NCBI GenBank assembly: GCA_000437675.1
Contig: FR901744.1
Span: forward strand, 3,977 to 67,976
From: Prevotella sp. CAG:891
GTDB taxonomy: Bacteria; Bacteroidota; Bacteroidia; Bacteroidales; Bacteroidaceae
DNA: 64,000 bases
Direction of reading: 5' to 3'
Positions 34,268-44,646 of the stretch are shown piece after piece. Both the position numbers and the translations under genes were made by a program. The notes beneath the pieces are model-generated. The model made no database searches and had not been told where the DNA came from. It saw only the letters and a program-made list of their open reading frames with translations. Position 1 is the first letter of the stretch, and each line of letters starts with the position of its first letter.

Positions 34268-35029
34268 TTAAGCTTTCCAAGCATCGATGATACCCTTGAA
34301 GTCAGCTACTTTAAGAGCTGCACCACCAATAAGGCCACCATCAACATTTACCTTAGAGAAGATTTCTTTAGCATTGCTAGGCTTGCAGCTACCACCGTAA
34401 AGGATAGATACATTTTCAGCAGCTTCAGCACCGAACTTCTCAGCGATTGTAGCACGGATGAAGGCATGCATTTCCTCAGCTTGTTCTGCAGTTGCAGTTT
34501 TGCCGGTTCCAATAGCCCAAACGGGTTCGTAAGCAAGGATAATGTGTGAGAACTGTTCAGCAGTGAGGTTGAAAAGTGAGCCTTCGAGCTGAGCCTTTAC
34601 TACTTCGTTCTGCTTGTTGGCTTCGCGTTCTTCGAGAACTTCACCGATACAGAAGATAACTTCCAGGTTGTTTTCGAGTGCCAAGTTTACTTTCTCCTTC
34701 AAGATTTCGGGAGTTTCATGATAGTAAGCACGACGTTCGCTGTGGCCAAGGATAACGTAGTTTGCACCAGTGCTCTTAACCATTTCTGCAGAAACTTCGC
34801 CAGTATATGCACCACTTACTTTGTCTGCGCAGTTTTCTGCACCTAAACCGATAAGGTTGCTGTCAATTACGTTAGCAACGCTTGCCAAGTGAATAAAGGG
34901 CGTGCAGATAACAACGTCGCAGTTGGGCTTGTCTGCAATAAGAGCTTCATTCAATTCTTTAGCGAGTGCTACACCTTCCTGCAGGTTCTTGTTCATTTTC
35001 CAGTTACCTGCTACGATTTTTTTTCTCAT
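34268..35029 (-). CDS. tpiA: Triosephosphate isomerase. In this sequence it is continuous in frame with the upstream membrane-protein ORF.
   Basis: [13 protein letters not shown]...ILGHSERR...[11 protein letters not shown] hallmark motifs. The internal ATG lies at 35029. Confidence 0.9.
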   Translation of the reverse strand: MRKKIVAGNWKMNKNLQEGVALAKELNEALIADKPNCDVVICTPFIHLASVANVIDSNLIGLGAENCADKVSGAYTGEVSAEMVKSTGANYVILGHSERRAYYHETPEILKEKVNLALENNLEVIFCIGEVLEEREANKQNEVVKAQLEGSLFNLTAEQFSHIILAYEPVWAIGTGKTATAEQAEEMHAFIRATIAEKFGAEAAENVSILYGGSCKPSNAKEIFSKVNVDGGLIGGAALKVADFKGIIDAWKA

Positions 35030-36202
35030 GATTCTTTTGAGTTTAAAACGTTTGATATAAATATGGTGTTTATAAAATTTATGTCCAATCCAGATAGAGT
35101 CTAACAATGTTATGCAAAGTAATGGCACTATAAACCAAAAGATTAGTTTCAGCAAGGGTGACAAGTCCTTATTATCGGGTAGATAACTGCATAGACTTGC
35201 ACTATTAGAGTCGAGCTCCGGTAGATTGTTGTTACTCCATTTTGCCGCAACATTACCATTGTGTATCAATAGTAAACCAGGGTTCGATCTAACCATTGCT
35301 TTAAGTTCAGTCTCTTCTGCTTGAAGTACCGGATATGCAGCTCCCGTACGATCACCCCAATCCATAATGCCTACACTATCTGAAGCTGTAGCCATATAGA
35401 ATTTAATCTGACGCATCATGCAATAGTCGTATATGTCATTGATGCGATCACAGCAACCGTCGTCTGCGGTTGCTATATTAGGTACTGTGAGCAGGAAGGT
35501 ATATCCTGTGTCAGCAACAATTGTATATGATAAATCTTCTCCGGTTTTTGAATCAAATAGAAAGAAGTTTGCCAACTTTTCTGCACCATCAATATCCTCT
35601 CCACTCAAAGCCTTGCGAATGTTTGCATTAGGTTTGTAGGAGGTGAACTCGATTACCGGCAAATAATGCAAAACATAGAGTGATAGCGTGATGGCATATA
35701 CCCAGCTAAAGATTGATAGTAACCAAGCATTTCGCTCAGAAACAAAACGTCGAAGTCTGATTGGTGTGTAAAGCAGATAAACTGACAATACTAGCAATAC
35801 AATATTCTTGAGTAATGTTTGACCATTTGTTAAAGTAATTGCATCACCAAAACAACCGCAATCGGGCACTGGACTTTCAATGTAAATCCATATCGTTAAG
35901 GCCGTGAATATGAACATGAAAAGAGCTGCAAAACGCGTAGCAATTTTGCGACGCAGCCTCATTATCAGGTAGACACCCAAAATAAATTCGATGACACCTA
36001 AACTCACCGCACAGAATTTGAGTATCAGTGAATCGTCATCTATGGGAATATGGCATGTCATTGCATAAGCAAAAAGCTTATTAACCATACCCATAGGGTC
36101 TGCTATTTTAACGAATCCCGATAGGAGAAACGTGGCACCCAACACGAATGTTGCTAACATCGTAAGGGTCGTATGGATGTATTTACTCAGTTTCGTTTTC
36201 AA
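35030..36202 (-). CDS. DoxX-family-like polytopic membrane module (~391 aa) with no stop codon before tpiA, forming a 644-aa fused ORF
   Basis: Multiple TM helices and a hydrophobic N-terminus [30 protein letters not shown]. The frame runs straight into the TpiA start. Confidence 0.55.
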
Positions 36203-36740
36203 TGGTCAATTTTATGAGCCCAAATACGGCATAATTCATCATGTCCATGTAGTTTGCAGCAACCCCTTCACTGACAAGGGTCTCTCCTTTAAGCATTTCA
36301 ATCTGCTTGGTTCTGAAAATTTTCATGAGTATAAGATCAGCATACGAACTTACTCGCATATAGCGCCAAGCCTCATTGTAATCATGATTCTTCTTAAGCA
36401 TTAACTCAAGTGATGTATTAGCATGAATATCATAGAGTTCAGTAGCTTCTTCTGCCGAAATATCTTCAGTGTCAGAAATACCTTTTTCCAATTGAATCAG
36501 TGCAATGATGCAATAGTTTACAATGCCAATAAATTCAGGAATAATGCCTTCACCAACCTTAGAACATCCTTTCATTTGTAGCGACCTGATTCTTGATGCC
36601 TTGATAAGCAGTTGGTCAGTCATCGTTTCTGGGCGCATAACTCGCCAAGCAGTTCCGTAATCATGTAATTTTTTACAGAACAGTTCGCGACAATTATGTA
36701 TTACTTGTTCAAATTCTTGTTGAGTGCTCAAAGGTTTCAT
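36183..36740 (-). CDS. DUF1599-like conserved protein, as found in the folE/DoxX/tpiA neighbourhood in Bacteroidetes
   Basis: 185 aa with the HDYGTAWR motif. The DUF assignment is from memory. Confidence 0.55.
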   Translation of the reverse strand: MKPLSTQQEFEQVIHNCRELFCKKLHDYGTAWRVMRPETMTDQLLIKASRIRSLQMKGCSKVGEGIIPEFIGIVNYCIIALIQLEKGISDTEDISAEEATELYDIHANTSLELMLKKNHDYNEAWRYMRVSSYADLILMKIFRTKQIEMLKGETLVSEGVAANYMDMMNYAVFGLIKLTIENETE

Positions 36741-37087
36741 ACAGATTAGTTATATGTTGCTGCAAATTTACTACAAAAAAGGGGAAATGCAAAGCAACTC
36801 CCCTTATAAGTATTCTTTATACATTGAAACGGTCATTGCTGTTTGCAATTCAAGTAGCTTTGTATGCATAAAGTTCAACTAGCGAAGTTTAATCAGTTTA
36901 TATGTACTTTTTCTTGTCAGCTTGCTTTTCTAGCAAGTAAGAATGACGGAGTGTGCTAAAAATTTTGTAAACTTGTTGTTATATGATAGTTTCCTTCTGC
37001 GATAAGTATTTTTTGCCGATATTTGCGCTAGAATAGTGGATTATTGCATGCGATTATTCAATTAGAAATTTTAAAAAGTCATTAGAT

Positions 37088-38053
37088 ATGAAGCGAACAC
37101 TCTTTACCTTTATTCTGCTTTTCGCAATTTCATTATCTGCAATGTCTATGCGATATGAGGAGGCTAGGCGCCGTGCATGGTTCTTGACAGATAAAATGGC
37201 CTACGAGTTGAATTTAACTCCAGGTCAATATGAGCGTGCATACGAAATCAATCTAGATTACTTGATGAGTCTACGTTCACCATCTGATTGTTCTGGTCCA
37301 TATTGGCGTTATCGTGATGCTGATTTTCGTTGCATTCTTTTTGATTGGCAGTATAATTTATTCCGTACGCTCGACTACTTTTTTCGACCAGTTCGCTGGG
37401 TTCGTTCCGCGTGGTATTATCCCATTGTACATAGATATAGAGTAGGGTATTATTACTTTGAACGACCTGCAATTTATGTCAAATATCGTGGTCGTGGTTG
37501 GCGTAGACGAAGCCATAATGATCCAAGCCCTTATTATGGTATTCATTTTGATCGGGGGCATGGTATGCGCGATTATTATCACAATGGACATAATCATCGT
37601 CCCTCACGCCCAGACTATGGCCATAAGCCGCATAGGCCTGACAGACCAGGTAAACCCAACAGACCTGGTCAACCGCATAGACCAGGCAGACCTAATATGC
37701 CAGAAAAACCAAATTCTCCCGTAATTCCAATTAAACCGCTTCGACCTATAAAGCCTGACAATCCTACTGTTCAGCCTATAAAGCCTGGGCAGATACATAG
37801 GCCTAATCGGGATGACAAGGTGGTATTATATCCTAATCATAACTCTAATCATGGACGAGATTGGAAATATAGTGATTTCAGGAAGACTGAGAAGTCAGAC
37901 TTCTCACGATACTCAAGGAAACGTAATGCAAATCGAGACCGCAATCAGCGCGTATCAACTTCTTCGCGCAATGAAAAAAGTTTTGTAAACAAATCTTCGC
38001 GTAATTCACATTCTAATAGAAGTCAGCATCGTCGCTCGTTTGAGCAGAGATAG
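37088..38053 (+). CDS. Secreted low-complexity protein with three regions: a Tyr/Trp/Arg-rich N-terminal part, a PxRPxxP-type proline repeat region, and a basic Ser/Arg/Asn-rich tail
   Basis: Signal peptide MKRTLFTFILLFAISLSAMS, then strongly biased composition (RPDYGHKPHRPDRPGKPNRPGQPHRPGRPNMPEKPNSP...). No known domain recognised. Confidence 0.6.
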   Translation: MKRTLFTFILLFAISLSAMSMRYEEARRRAWFLTDKMAYELNLTPGQYERAYEINLDYLMSLRSPSDCSGPYWRYRDADFRCILFDWQYNLFRTLDYFFRPVRWVRSAWYYPIVHRYRVGYYYFERPAIYVKYRGRGWRRRSHNDPSPYYGIHFDRGHGMRDYYHNGHNHRPSRPDYGHKPHRPDRPGKPNRPGQPHRPGRPNMPEKPNSPVIPIKPLRPIKPDNPTVQPIKPGQIHRPNRDDKVVLYPNHNSNHGRDWKYSDFRKTEKSDFSRYSRKRNANRDRNQRVSTSSRNEKSFVNKSSRNSHSNRSQHRRSFEQR

Positions 38054-38123
38054 TCTTTTTAAAGTGAGAATGATGTGCAATAATATTAACATAAGCTTAT
38101 TGCGTTGAAATTATTCTTAGGTT

Positions 38124-38172
38124 AAAACCTCTAAAAGAGTTCTCTATATAGAACGCTTTTAGAGGTTTTTTG
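38124..38172 (+). terminator. Rho-independent terminator of the 37088-38053 gene
   Basis: 14-bp stem AAAACCTCTAAAAG/CTTTTAGAGGTTTT, then TTTTTTG. Confidence 0.8.
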
Positions 38173-38208
38173 TTGTAAAAGAGCAAGGTCATACAAGCGA
38201 AAGTTCGG

Positions 38209-38550
38209 CTCAGTCGCAAAAGTATGTGGTAAAACTTAACAACGCATCCCGGGGTTCAGACAGGTCTACCTGCCTTACTTTCTGAGGTGACAAAATGTCT
38301 AAGAACGCTGAATGAATAAAATAAGGAATACTGTTTTTCATCTGTTTAGGCTCATGTGCAGTTTATCCATACTGCAGTGCTGCCTTTATAGCTATTGTGA
38401 TGTCAGTGCAAACCGAATCTTGTTTTGTGCGAATGTCAGTGCAAACCGAATACAGAGCGATGAGAGCTGGCTCTCAAAAGTTATGCTGAGGTGCAGCCTA
38501 AGTTCGCGAAGCAAAGATACAACATGCACAACCCGAAATCAAAATCTTTT
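38209..38550 (+). repeat. R2 repeat copy B, left part, homologous to 13521-13853
   Basis: Direct alignment. It contains an internal 17-bp duplication. Confidence 0.7.
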
Positions 38551-39056
38551 AGTTTTTAACGTTTTGTATGGCTAACCGTTTCAAATCTCACCGGTCCCTT
38601 CGCCGTAAATGTTAAACAGTAAACCGTCGAGTAAGTGAAATTATACGAAAATTTTCAGCTTATTTTTCCATCTGCCTGCCGTTGTTAGAACCACGCGATG
38701 AGCTATCGTCAAAATTTGCTCCGTGATTCTCCGAATTAGTTCCGAGCTAGTCGAATTTAGTTCCGAGCTAGTTTCAATAATCTTGGAACTACTGATAATC
38801 AGCGTTTTCAGAAAAACGCCCCAATCGGTTCTACAACTGCTCATTCCGCCTTGCAATAATGCTAAAGGCGAACCCGTACATTTTTACTTTAATTCACCTG
38901 TTTGTTAAATCCGCCCCTGCGCACTCGAAGCCGCGAAATGTTTCCCCATTCAAAGTGATTGGTAGTTCCACGTTGAAGAACAGCTAGAAGCACAAAGTCG
39001 AAAATTACGGTTGGCATTTACTCGTAATGGTCATTACCCACACGTTGCAACATAGA
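38551..39056 (+). mobile_element. Inserted segment of ~506 bp that interrupts R2 copy B. It contains tandem-repeat element copy 3, with units at 38708-38798 and the hairpin at 38791-38803. It has no ORF.
   Basis: Absent from the otherwise colinear R2 copy at 13.5-14.1 kb. The junctions are flanked by a CAAAAT/CCAAAT-like sequence on both sides. Confidence 0.6.
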
Positions 39057-39300
39057 CCCAAATGCCCCCTAATATCGCACCTCAAAAATTTTCCCACATC
39101 TCCGAATGGGAAATAAGCCCTTTATCTACGGGCATTCCGGTGCGTTATTCACACGCGAAAAAAATGAAATCGGGATATAACATTTTATCTCTTGCTGATA
39201 CTCAAAACGTACGAAACTGCAACGTTTTACTTTACTCAAATGTCAAAGCCCCCACACCTTTGTGCCACTGTCCCGAAAGTTCTTTCCATTTTAATGGCTC
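39057..39300 (+). repeat. R2 repeat copy B, right part, homologous to ~13840-14075
   Basis: Direct alignment, including the conserved block CACACGCGAAAAAAATGAAATCGGGATATAACATTTTATCTCTTGC. Confidence 0.7.
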
Positions 39301-39437
39301 GTATAGAATTCAAAATCAGAATGTTGTATGCTGAATGATAGGTACGACCATTGAGGATAGGTAGATATGAAAGTAGGAGATAAACACCAATATAATGAGT
39401 GTTTACCTCCTACTTAATTTAGTTATAAGTCCTTAAA

Positions 39438-40457
39438 TTACTTCTTGTTCAAAGCTAAGTCAACTTTTACAGCACAAGCTACAGAGCAACCTACCATCGG
39501 GTTGTTACCAATCCCGAGGAAGCCCATCATCTCAACGTGTGCGGGTACAGATGAAGAACCTGCAAACTGAGCATCTGAGTGCATACGGCCGAGGGTGTCG
39601 GTCATACCGTATGAAGCAGGACCTGCAGCCATGTTGTCCGGGTGAAGCGTACGACCGGTACCACCACCTGAAGCTACGCTGAAGTAGGGCTTGCCAGCAA
39701 GTACACGTTCCTTCTTGTAAGTACCTGCAACGGGGTGCTGGAAGCGAGTGGGGTTGGTAGAGTTACCAGTAATAGAAACATCTACATCTTCCTTCCACAT
39801 GATAGCAACACCTTCACGTACGTCGTCAGCACCATAGCAGTTTACTTTGGCGCGGGGACCATCGCTGTATGAAGTTTCGCTAACAACCTTGAGTTCACCA
39901 GTATAGTAGTCGAACTTGGTTTGAACATAGGTAAAGCCATTGATACGGCTGATAATCATAGCCGCATCTTTGCCTAAACCATTGAGGATGCAGCGCAAGG
40001 GCTTGTCCTCCGGACGGCTTTGGTTTGCCATCTGTGCAATTTTGATAGCACCTTCAGCAGCTGCAAAACTTTCGTGACCTGCGAGGAATGCAAAGCACTT
40101 AGTCTCGGGTGAGAGCAGACGAGCTGCCAATTTGCCATGACCTACACCGACTTTACGGTCGTCAGCCACAGAACCGGGGATGCAGAAAGCCTGCAAACCT
40201 TCACCGATATATTCTGCTGCTTCTACGGCGTCTTTAGCCTTTTCCTTCAATGCAATAGCCGTACCTACTACGTAAGCCCATTTTGCATTTTCAAAGCAAA
40301 TCATCTGGGTGCTTTCGCATTCCTGATAAGGATCGATGCCATATTGCTCGCAAATTTGGTTGGCCTCTTCAATGTCCTTGATACCGTGCTTGTTAAGGGC
40401 AGCGAGAATCTGCTTGATACGACGGTCCTGGCTTTCAAATTTTACTTCTCTAATCAT
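39438..40457 (-). CDS. GGGtGRT-family protein (uncharacterised conserved family)
   Basis: 339 aa containing the eponymous motif ASGGGTGRTLHP. Confidence 0.75.
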   Translation of the reverse strand: MIREVKFESQDRRIKQILAALNKHGIKDIEEANQICEQYGIDPYQECESTQMICFENAKWAYVVGTAIALKEKAKDAVEAAEYIGEGLQAFCIPGSVADDRKVGVGHGKLAARLLSPETKCFAFLAGHESFAAAEGAIKIAQMANQSRPEDKPLRCILNGLGKDAAMIISRINGFTYVQTKFDYYTGELKVVSETSYSDGPRAKVNCYGADDVREGVAIMWKEDVDVSITGNSTNPTRFQHPVAGTYKKERVLAGKPYFSVASGGGTGRTLHPDNMAAGPASYGMTDTLGRMHSDAQFAGSSSVPAHVEMMGFLGIGNNPMVGCSVACAVKVDLALNKK

Positions 40458-40471
40458 TTTTGTGGTCCTCC

Positions 40472-41173
40472 TTAATCTTTACGTGGGTCAATGGATTTAA
40501 CAGCACCTTGCTCTTCAGTGGTGCGGCCGTACGTACCAGTTACGCTCTTAAGAGCTTCATCAGCGGGAACACCCTTCTTGATAGCATCCATGAACTTGCC
40601 CATGTGAACAAATTCGTAGCCAATAACCTGGTTGTCTTTGTCGAGGAACATTTTGGTAATGTAACCTTCGGTCAACTGCAAGTAACGAGAGCCTTTAACC
40701 TTAGTACCATAGAGAGTACCAGTCTGGCTGATAAGGCCCTTACCCAAGTCTTCCAAACCAGCACCGATAACCAAGCCGCCTTCAGAGAAAGCACTTTGGG
40801 TACGTCCGTAAACGATTTGGAGGAAAAGTTCGCGCATAGCTGTATTGATAGCATCGCAAACCAAGTCAGTGTTGAGAGCTTCGAGAATGGTCTTGCCGGG
40901 GAGGATTTCACTTGCCATAGCAGCTGAGTGAGTCATACCTGAACAGCCGATAGTTTCGACCAAGCATTCCTCGATTACGCCTTCCTTAACATTCAGCGTA
41001 AGTTTGCAAGCACCCTGCTGCGGAGCACACCAACCCACACCGTGAGTCAAACCGGAGATGTCTTTGATTTCCTTTGCTTGTACCCACTTTCCTTCCTCAG
41101 GGATAGGAGCGGGACCATGGTTGGGGCCTTTGGCTACGCAACACATGTTCTGAACTTCGTGTGAATATTCCAT
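40472..41173 (-). CDS. NifU/IscU-like Fe-S scaffold domain protein with a C-terminal extension
   Basis: N-terminal half shows IscU-like Cys motifs (GWCAPQQGACKL ... IGCSGMTHSAAMASE...GKT..EA). It is 14 bp from the GGGtGRT gene and on the same strand. Confidence 0.6.
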   Translation of the reverse strand: MEYSHEVQNMCCVAKGPNHGPAPIPEEGKWVQAKEIKDISGLTHGVGWCAPQQGACKLTLNVKEGVIEECLVETIGCSGMTHSAAMASEILPGKTILEALNTDLVCDAINTAMRELFLQIVYGRTQSAFSEGGLVIGAGLEDLGKGLISQTGTLYGTKVKGSRYLQLTEGYITKMFLDKDNQVIGYEFVHMGKFMDAIKKGVPADEALKSVTGTYGRTTEEQGAVKSIDPRKD

Positions 41174-41442
41174 GTTGTAATTTGTATAAGTAGAATACTA
41201 AATTCTTTCGTTGAGTTTGTATATGCTCTTGATTAGGTAAACCTTTTCTCGTTAGTTAAGGCTTTCTCAAGAGACGCTTTTTCGCTTTGGCAAAGTTACA
41301 GTAACTTTTGTGAGTGGCAAAATATTGTTACATTTTTTGTGCTCAAAATCCTGCCATTTTTACTTAAAAGCACTCAAATTGTTTAGGCTTAAGCTAAATA
41401 GAGCTATTTCACTTTGCTTAAAGTGTAAAAATTTGTGTGTAG

Positions 41443-43440
41443 TTATTGCTTATGACCAATTTTTTTCATCAGTGCATAAGCCTTGTAAAGGCCTAATTGA
41501 CCAGCTTTGCTGAAATCGGCAAAGGCTTTGTTCTTATCGTTTTGATGAAGATATATTAAGCCACGGTTGTAGTATGCTTCGGGCAATCTTGAATCATATT
41601 CGATTGCTTTGTTAAATGCTTCAAGAGCCGGATTATAGGTCTTTTGATTGAGATATATGCACCCCAAATTGTAGTAGATATATGAGTTTTGGGGTGATTT
41701 TTCTTTTGCAACTCGCAGGTCGGCAATGGCTAAATTGATTTGTGATTTAGCCTCTTTTTCCGTAACTGTTTGCGATGTAGCGTTTCGCATTAGTATTGCT
41801 GCTCGTTGAAGGCGTGCAGCTACTGAAGAGGAGTCTGCAATAACGGCTTGACTTGCTTCGTTTAATGCCGAAGAAAAATCGTATTTTGCAGCATGAATAG
41901 CAGACATCACAAGTGCCTGTTCGAATTTGCTGAATTTGTTAAACTTCGGTTTTAACCATTTCTCCTCACTTTCAGCATTTTCTAATGAGTTTGCTTCCGT
42001 TTCTGCTGTCAGGCAAAATCTGCAGTTGTTGCCATTGGCCGTATGAAGTTTTGATAATTCGGATAGATAACCAATGGAATGGTAGCTTCGCGTTTGAACA
42101 GAACGAAATGCCAACGCATACATAGGTAGGGGAGTGGATTCCACTTGTTCATTTTGAACTTTACCGTATAATGTGCCAAATACATTACGTACTGAGTCTG
42201 GTTTATCCTCTACAAGCTGTTGGTACTGATCAAGTTCATGTTCTGACCTGAGGCGTACTTTTTTGTTCGTAGTTTTTTTGTTACGTCCAAAAGCTATATC
42301 AAGATTTTTTCGAGCAATGACAGTTTCATCGTCTAATGCACCTTTCGTGTCGCCAATCATTCGTCTGCACTTTGAGCGTGCCACGTATCCGTAGTAAAAG
42401 TTTGGATATTCCTTAATCAATTTTGAATAATCAGCAATAGCACCTTTGAAATCACCTGTTTTCTCACGCAGTTGGGCACGATTGTACATAGCTAGTGTAT
42501 TGTCTGGTTCTATTTGCAGGATAAAATCAAAGTCGCTGATTGCGCGGTTATAGTCGCCAACAAATGAACGTAGCAAACCTCTGTTGTAATGCGCCACAAA
42601 GTGTTTGGGTTGTAATTGTATGGTTTTATCGTAATCGGCTATAGCTAATCCAAATTGTCCCAAAGCGTGGCGCGCTTGTGCTCTGCTGATGTACAAATCA
42701 AAATCGTTAGGGGAAAGTTCTATGGCTTTGCTCAGGCATGAATCAGCCAAACTATATTCTTGTTTGTTGATGGCATATTTTCCTTTGAAACTCCATGCGT
42801 TTCCTTCCTTGGGATTTTTGACTAGCAGCGAGTCAATCCACACCATACTTTGCGTCGTATCTTTTTGCTCGAGCAATGATTGAGCTTTAATCATATAGAC
42901 ACGATAATAGTTAGGCCATCTTTTTAGCAGATAGTCTAAATCAATATCAGCGTTTGCGTATTCTTTATTTTGAAGATAGCAAAGTGCCCTATTGTATCGT
43001 GCGCCTTGATCGTCGGGATGTTCCTTTAAACTTCTGGAATAGTCTTCAATAGCTCCTTTGTAATTTACATTATGTATACGGCAAAGTCCACGAAGTTGAT
43101 AAACCTCTGCAATGAACGGATTAAGTTCAATGCTTTTTGAACAGTCAGCTTCGGCACCTAAATAATCCTCTAATGTAAATTTTGCAAAAGCTCTATAATA
43201 ATAGGGGCGCGAAAGAAAGGGCTTGGCATCAATGGCTTGATTGAAATACTTAATGGCTGTTAAGTAATCATCAACACTGAGCGCATTGCGTCCCATAATT
43301 GTAACCATTTCAGCATCAACCTGCCCCCATGCACATTGTGAAGCCCCCATACACATAATTCCGATTACATATTTAGTCGAAATCTGTAGTAGGGGATGGC
43401 ATATTTTTGAGATGATGTTGCTGAAGGGCTTGTTTGTCAT
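41443..43440 (-). CDS. Tetratricopeptide-repeat protein
   Basis: 665 aa of recurrent 34-residue TPR-like repeats (AxxYYNRG... patterns). The N-terminal start is uncertain. Confidence 0.7.
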   Translation of the reverse strand: MTNKPFSNIISKICHPLLQISTKYVIGIMCMGASQCAWGQVDAEMVTIMGRNALSVDDYLTAIKYFNQAIDAKPFLSRPYYYRAFAKFTLEDYLGAEADCSKSIELNPFIAEVYQLRGLCRIHNVNYKGAIEDYSRSLKEHPDDQGARYNRALCYLQNKEYANADIDLDYLLKRWPNYYRVYMIKAQSLLEQKDTTQSMVWIDSLLVKNPKEGNAWSFKGKYAINKQEYSLADSCLSKAIELSPNDFDLYISRAQARHALGQFGLAIADYDKTIQLQPKHFVAHYNRGLLRSFVGDYNRAISDFDFILQIEPDNTLAMYNRAQLREKTGDFKGAIADYSKLIKEYPNFYYGYVARSKCRRMIGDTKGALDDETVIARKNLDIAFGRNKKTTNKKVRLRSEHELDQYQQLVEDKPDSVRNVFGTLYGKVQNEQVESTPLPMYALAFRSVQTRSYHSIGYLSELSKLHTANGNNCRFCLTAETEANSLENAESEEKWLKPKFNKFSKFEQALVMSAIHAAKYDFSSALNEASQAVIADSSSVAARLQRAAILMRNATSQTVTEKEAKSQINLAIADLRVAKEKSPQNSYIYYNLGCIYLNQKTYNPALEAFNKAIEYDSRLPEAYYNRGLIYLHQNDKNKAFADFSKAGQLGLYKAYALMKKIGHKQ

Positions 43441-43514
43441 ATTGCAATCAAAGGTGCATGATTTAACTGTAATAGTCAGGTGTGTGATTTTGGTAGAGAA
43501 AAAATTGAAGCTGA

Positions 43515-44072
43515 TTACTTAGGACATTTTACCTTGTAGGCACAACGGAATTTGCCTTTAAGCATTTGCGTCAATTTACTGCGAATCATTTGTTTGCGGA
43601 GCGGCGAGATGCGATCAATAAACAAGTGTCCGTCTAAATGGTCAAACTCATGTTGCATAACGCGAGCAAGGAATCCTTCAACCCATTCATCATGTTCATT
43701 GAAGTCTTCGTCCATGTATTTAACTCTGATTCGCGTTGCACGGCGCACGGGCTCATGTATTCCGGGTACGCTTAAGCAACCTTCTGTCATTGATTCCACA
43801 TTTGTTTCATCAAATTCTACAATATGCGGATTGATGAAGGCCTTGTTAAAACCTTCATATTCGGGAAATTCATCCTTCATCACATCCAGTGTGATTACTG
43901 CCAAGCGGATGTCTTTACCAATTTGAGGTGCTGCCAAACCAACTCCATCACTATGGTACATGGTTTCGAACATGTCAGCAATCAATTGTTTTAAATTGGG
44001 ATAATCAGGAGTAATGTCTTGAGCCGTTTTTCTAAGAACCGGCATTCCGTATGTATAAATAGGTAGAATCAT
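43515..44072 (-). CDS. def: Peptide deformylase
   Basis: [18 protein letters not shown] and HEFDHLDG motifs. Confidence 0.95.
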   Translation of the reverse strand: MILPIYTYGMPVLRKTAQDITPDYPNLKQLIADMFETMYHSDGVGLAAPQIGKDIRLAVITLDVMKDEFPEYEGFNKAFINPHIVEFDETNVESMTEGCLSVPGIHEPVRRATRIRVKYMDEDFNEHDEWVEGFLARVMQHEFDHLDGHLFIDRISPLRKQMIRSKLTQMLKGKFRCAYKVKCPK

Positions 44073-44122
44073 TTTAATGTATGTAAGTTGCTTTAATATT
44101 TGGAGTTGTAGCTATTGAAAAG

Positions 44123-44536
44123 TTAGTGTTGGCTTTCCATGTAGCTTTGTAAAATAATGCAAGCACTGATTTCGTCCACAAGTCCTTTATCATTTTGTCT
44201 GCGTTTTTTTCCTATTCCACTTTCAAGGATAGTTTGATGCGCCAATACAGAGGTGAAGCGTTCATCGTAAAAAGAAATGGGAATGTTGGGAAAGTTTTTA
44301 CGCAGTTTTTCAGAAAAAGCCAGAACCCGTTTTTGGTTTTCAGAAGGAAGCCCATTGGTTTGAGTGGGGAGTCCTACAACAAAACGTTCTACTGGTTCTT
44401 TGTCAACATATTGTTTCAAATACTTAATAAGGTCTTGTGTTTCCACTGTTGCCAACCCATTGGCTATGATTTGTGAGGGGTCGGTAACAGCTAATCCTGT
44501 GCGTTTTTTACCGTAGTCAATTGAAAGAATACGCAT
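44123..44536 (-). CDS. ruvX: Holliday junction resolvase-like protein RuvX/YqgF
   Basis: 137 aa, MRILSIDYGKKRTGLAVTD. Confidence 0.9.
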   Translation of the reverse strand: MRILSIDYGKKRTGLAVTDPSQIIANGLATVETQDLIKYLKQYVDKEPVERFVVGLPTQTNGLPSENQKRVLAFSEKLRKNFPNIPISFYDERFTSVLAHQTILESGIGKKRRQNDKGLVDEISACIILQSYMESQH

Positions 44537-44646
44537 GATAAATTTGATTGAGTAGGCCGACAGACTTATAATAAGTTAGCTTATTAAAAGCCTACGCAAA
44601 CGAGCGGAGTAAAGAACTCGTTTGCGTAGATAAAAAGCTAACTAAA

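Noticed and set aside
34268-36202. Annotating the 644-aa ORF simply as one ordinary gene
   Set aside because: TpiA has its own canonical N-terminal Met at 35029 and is normally a stand-alone ~250-aa protein. The ORF was split into two modules and flagged as a possible fusion or lost stop codon.
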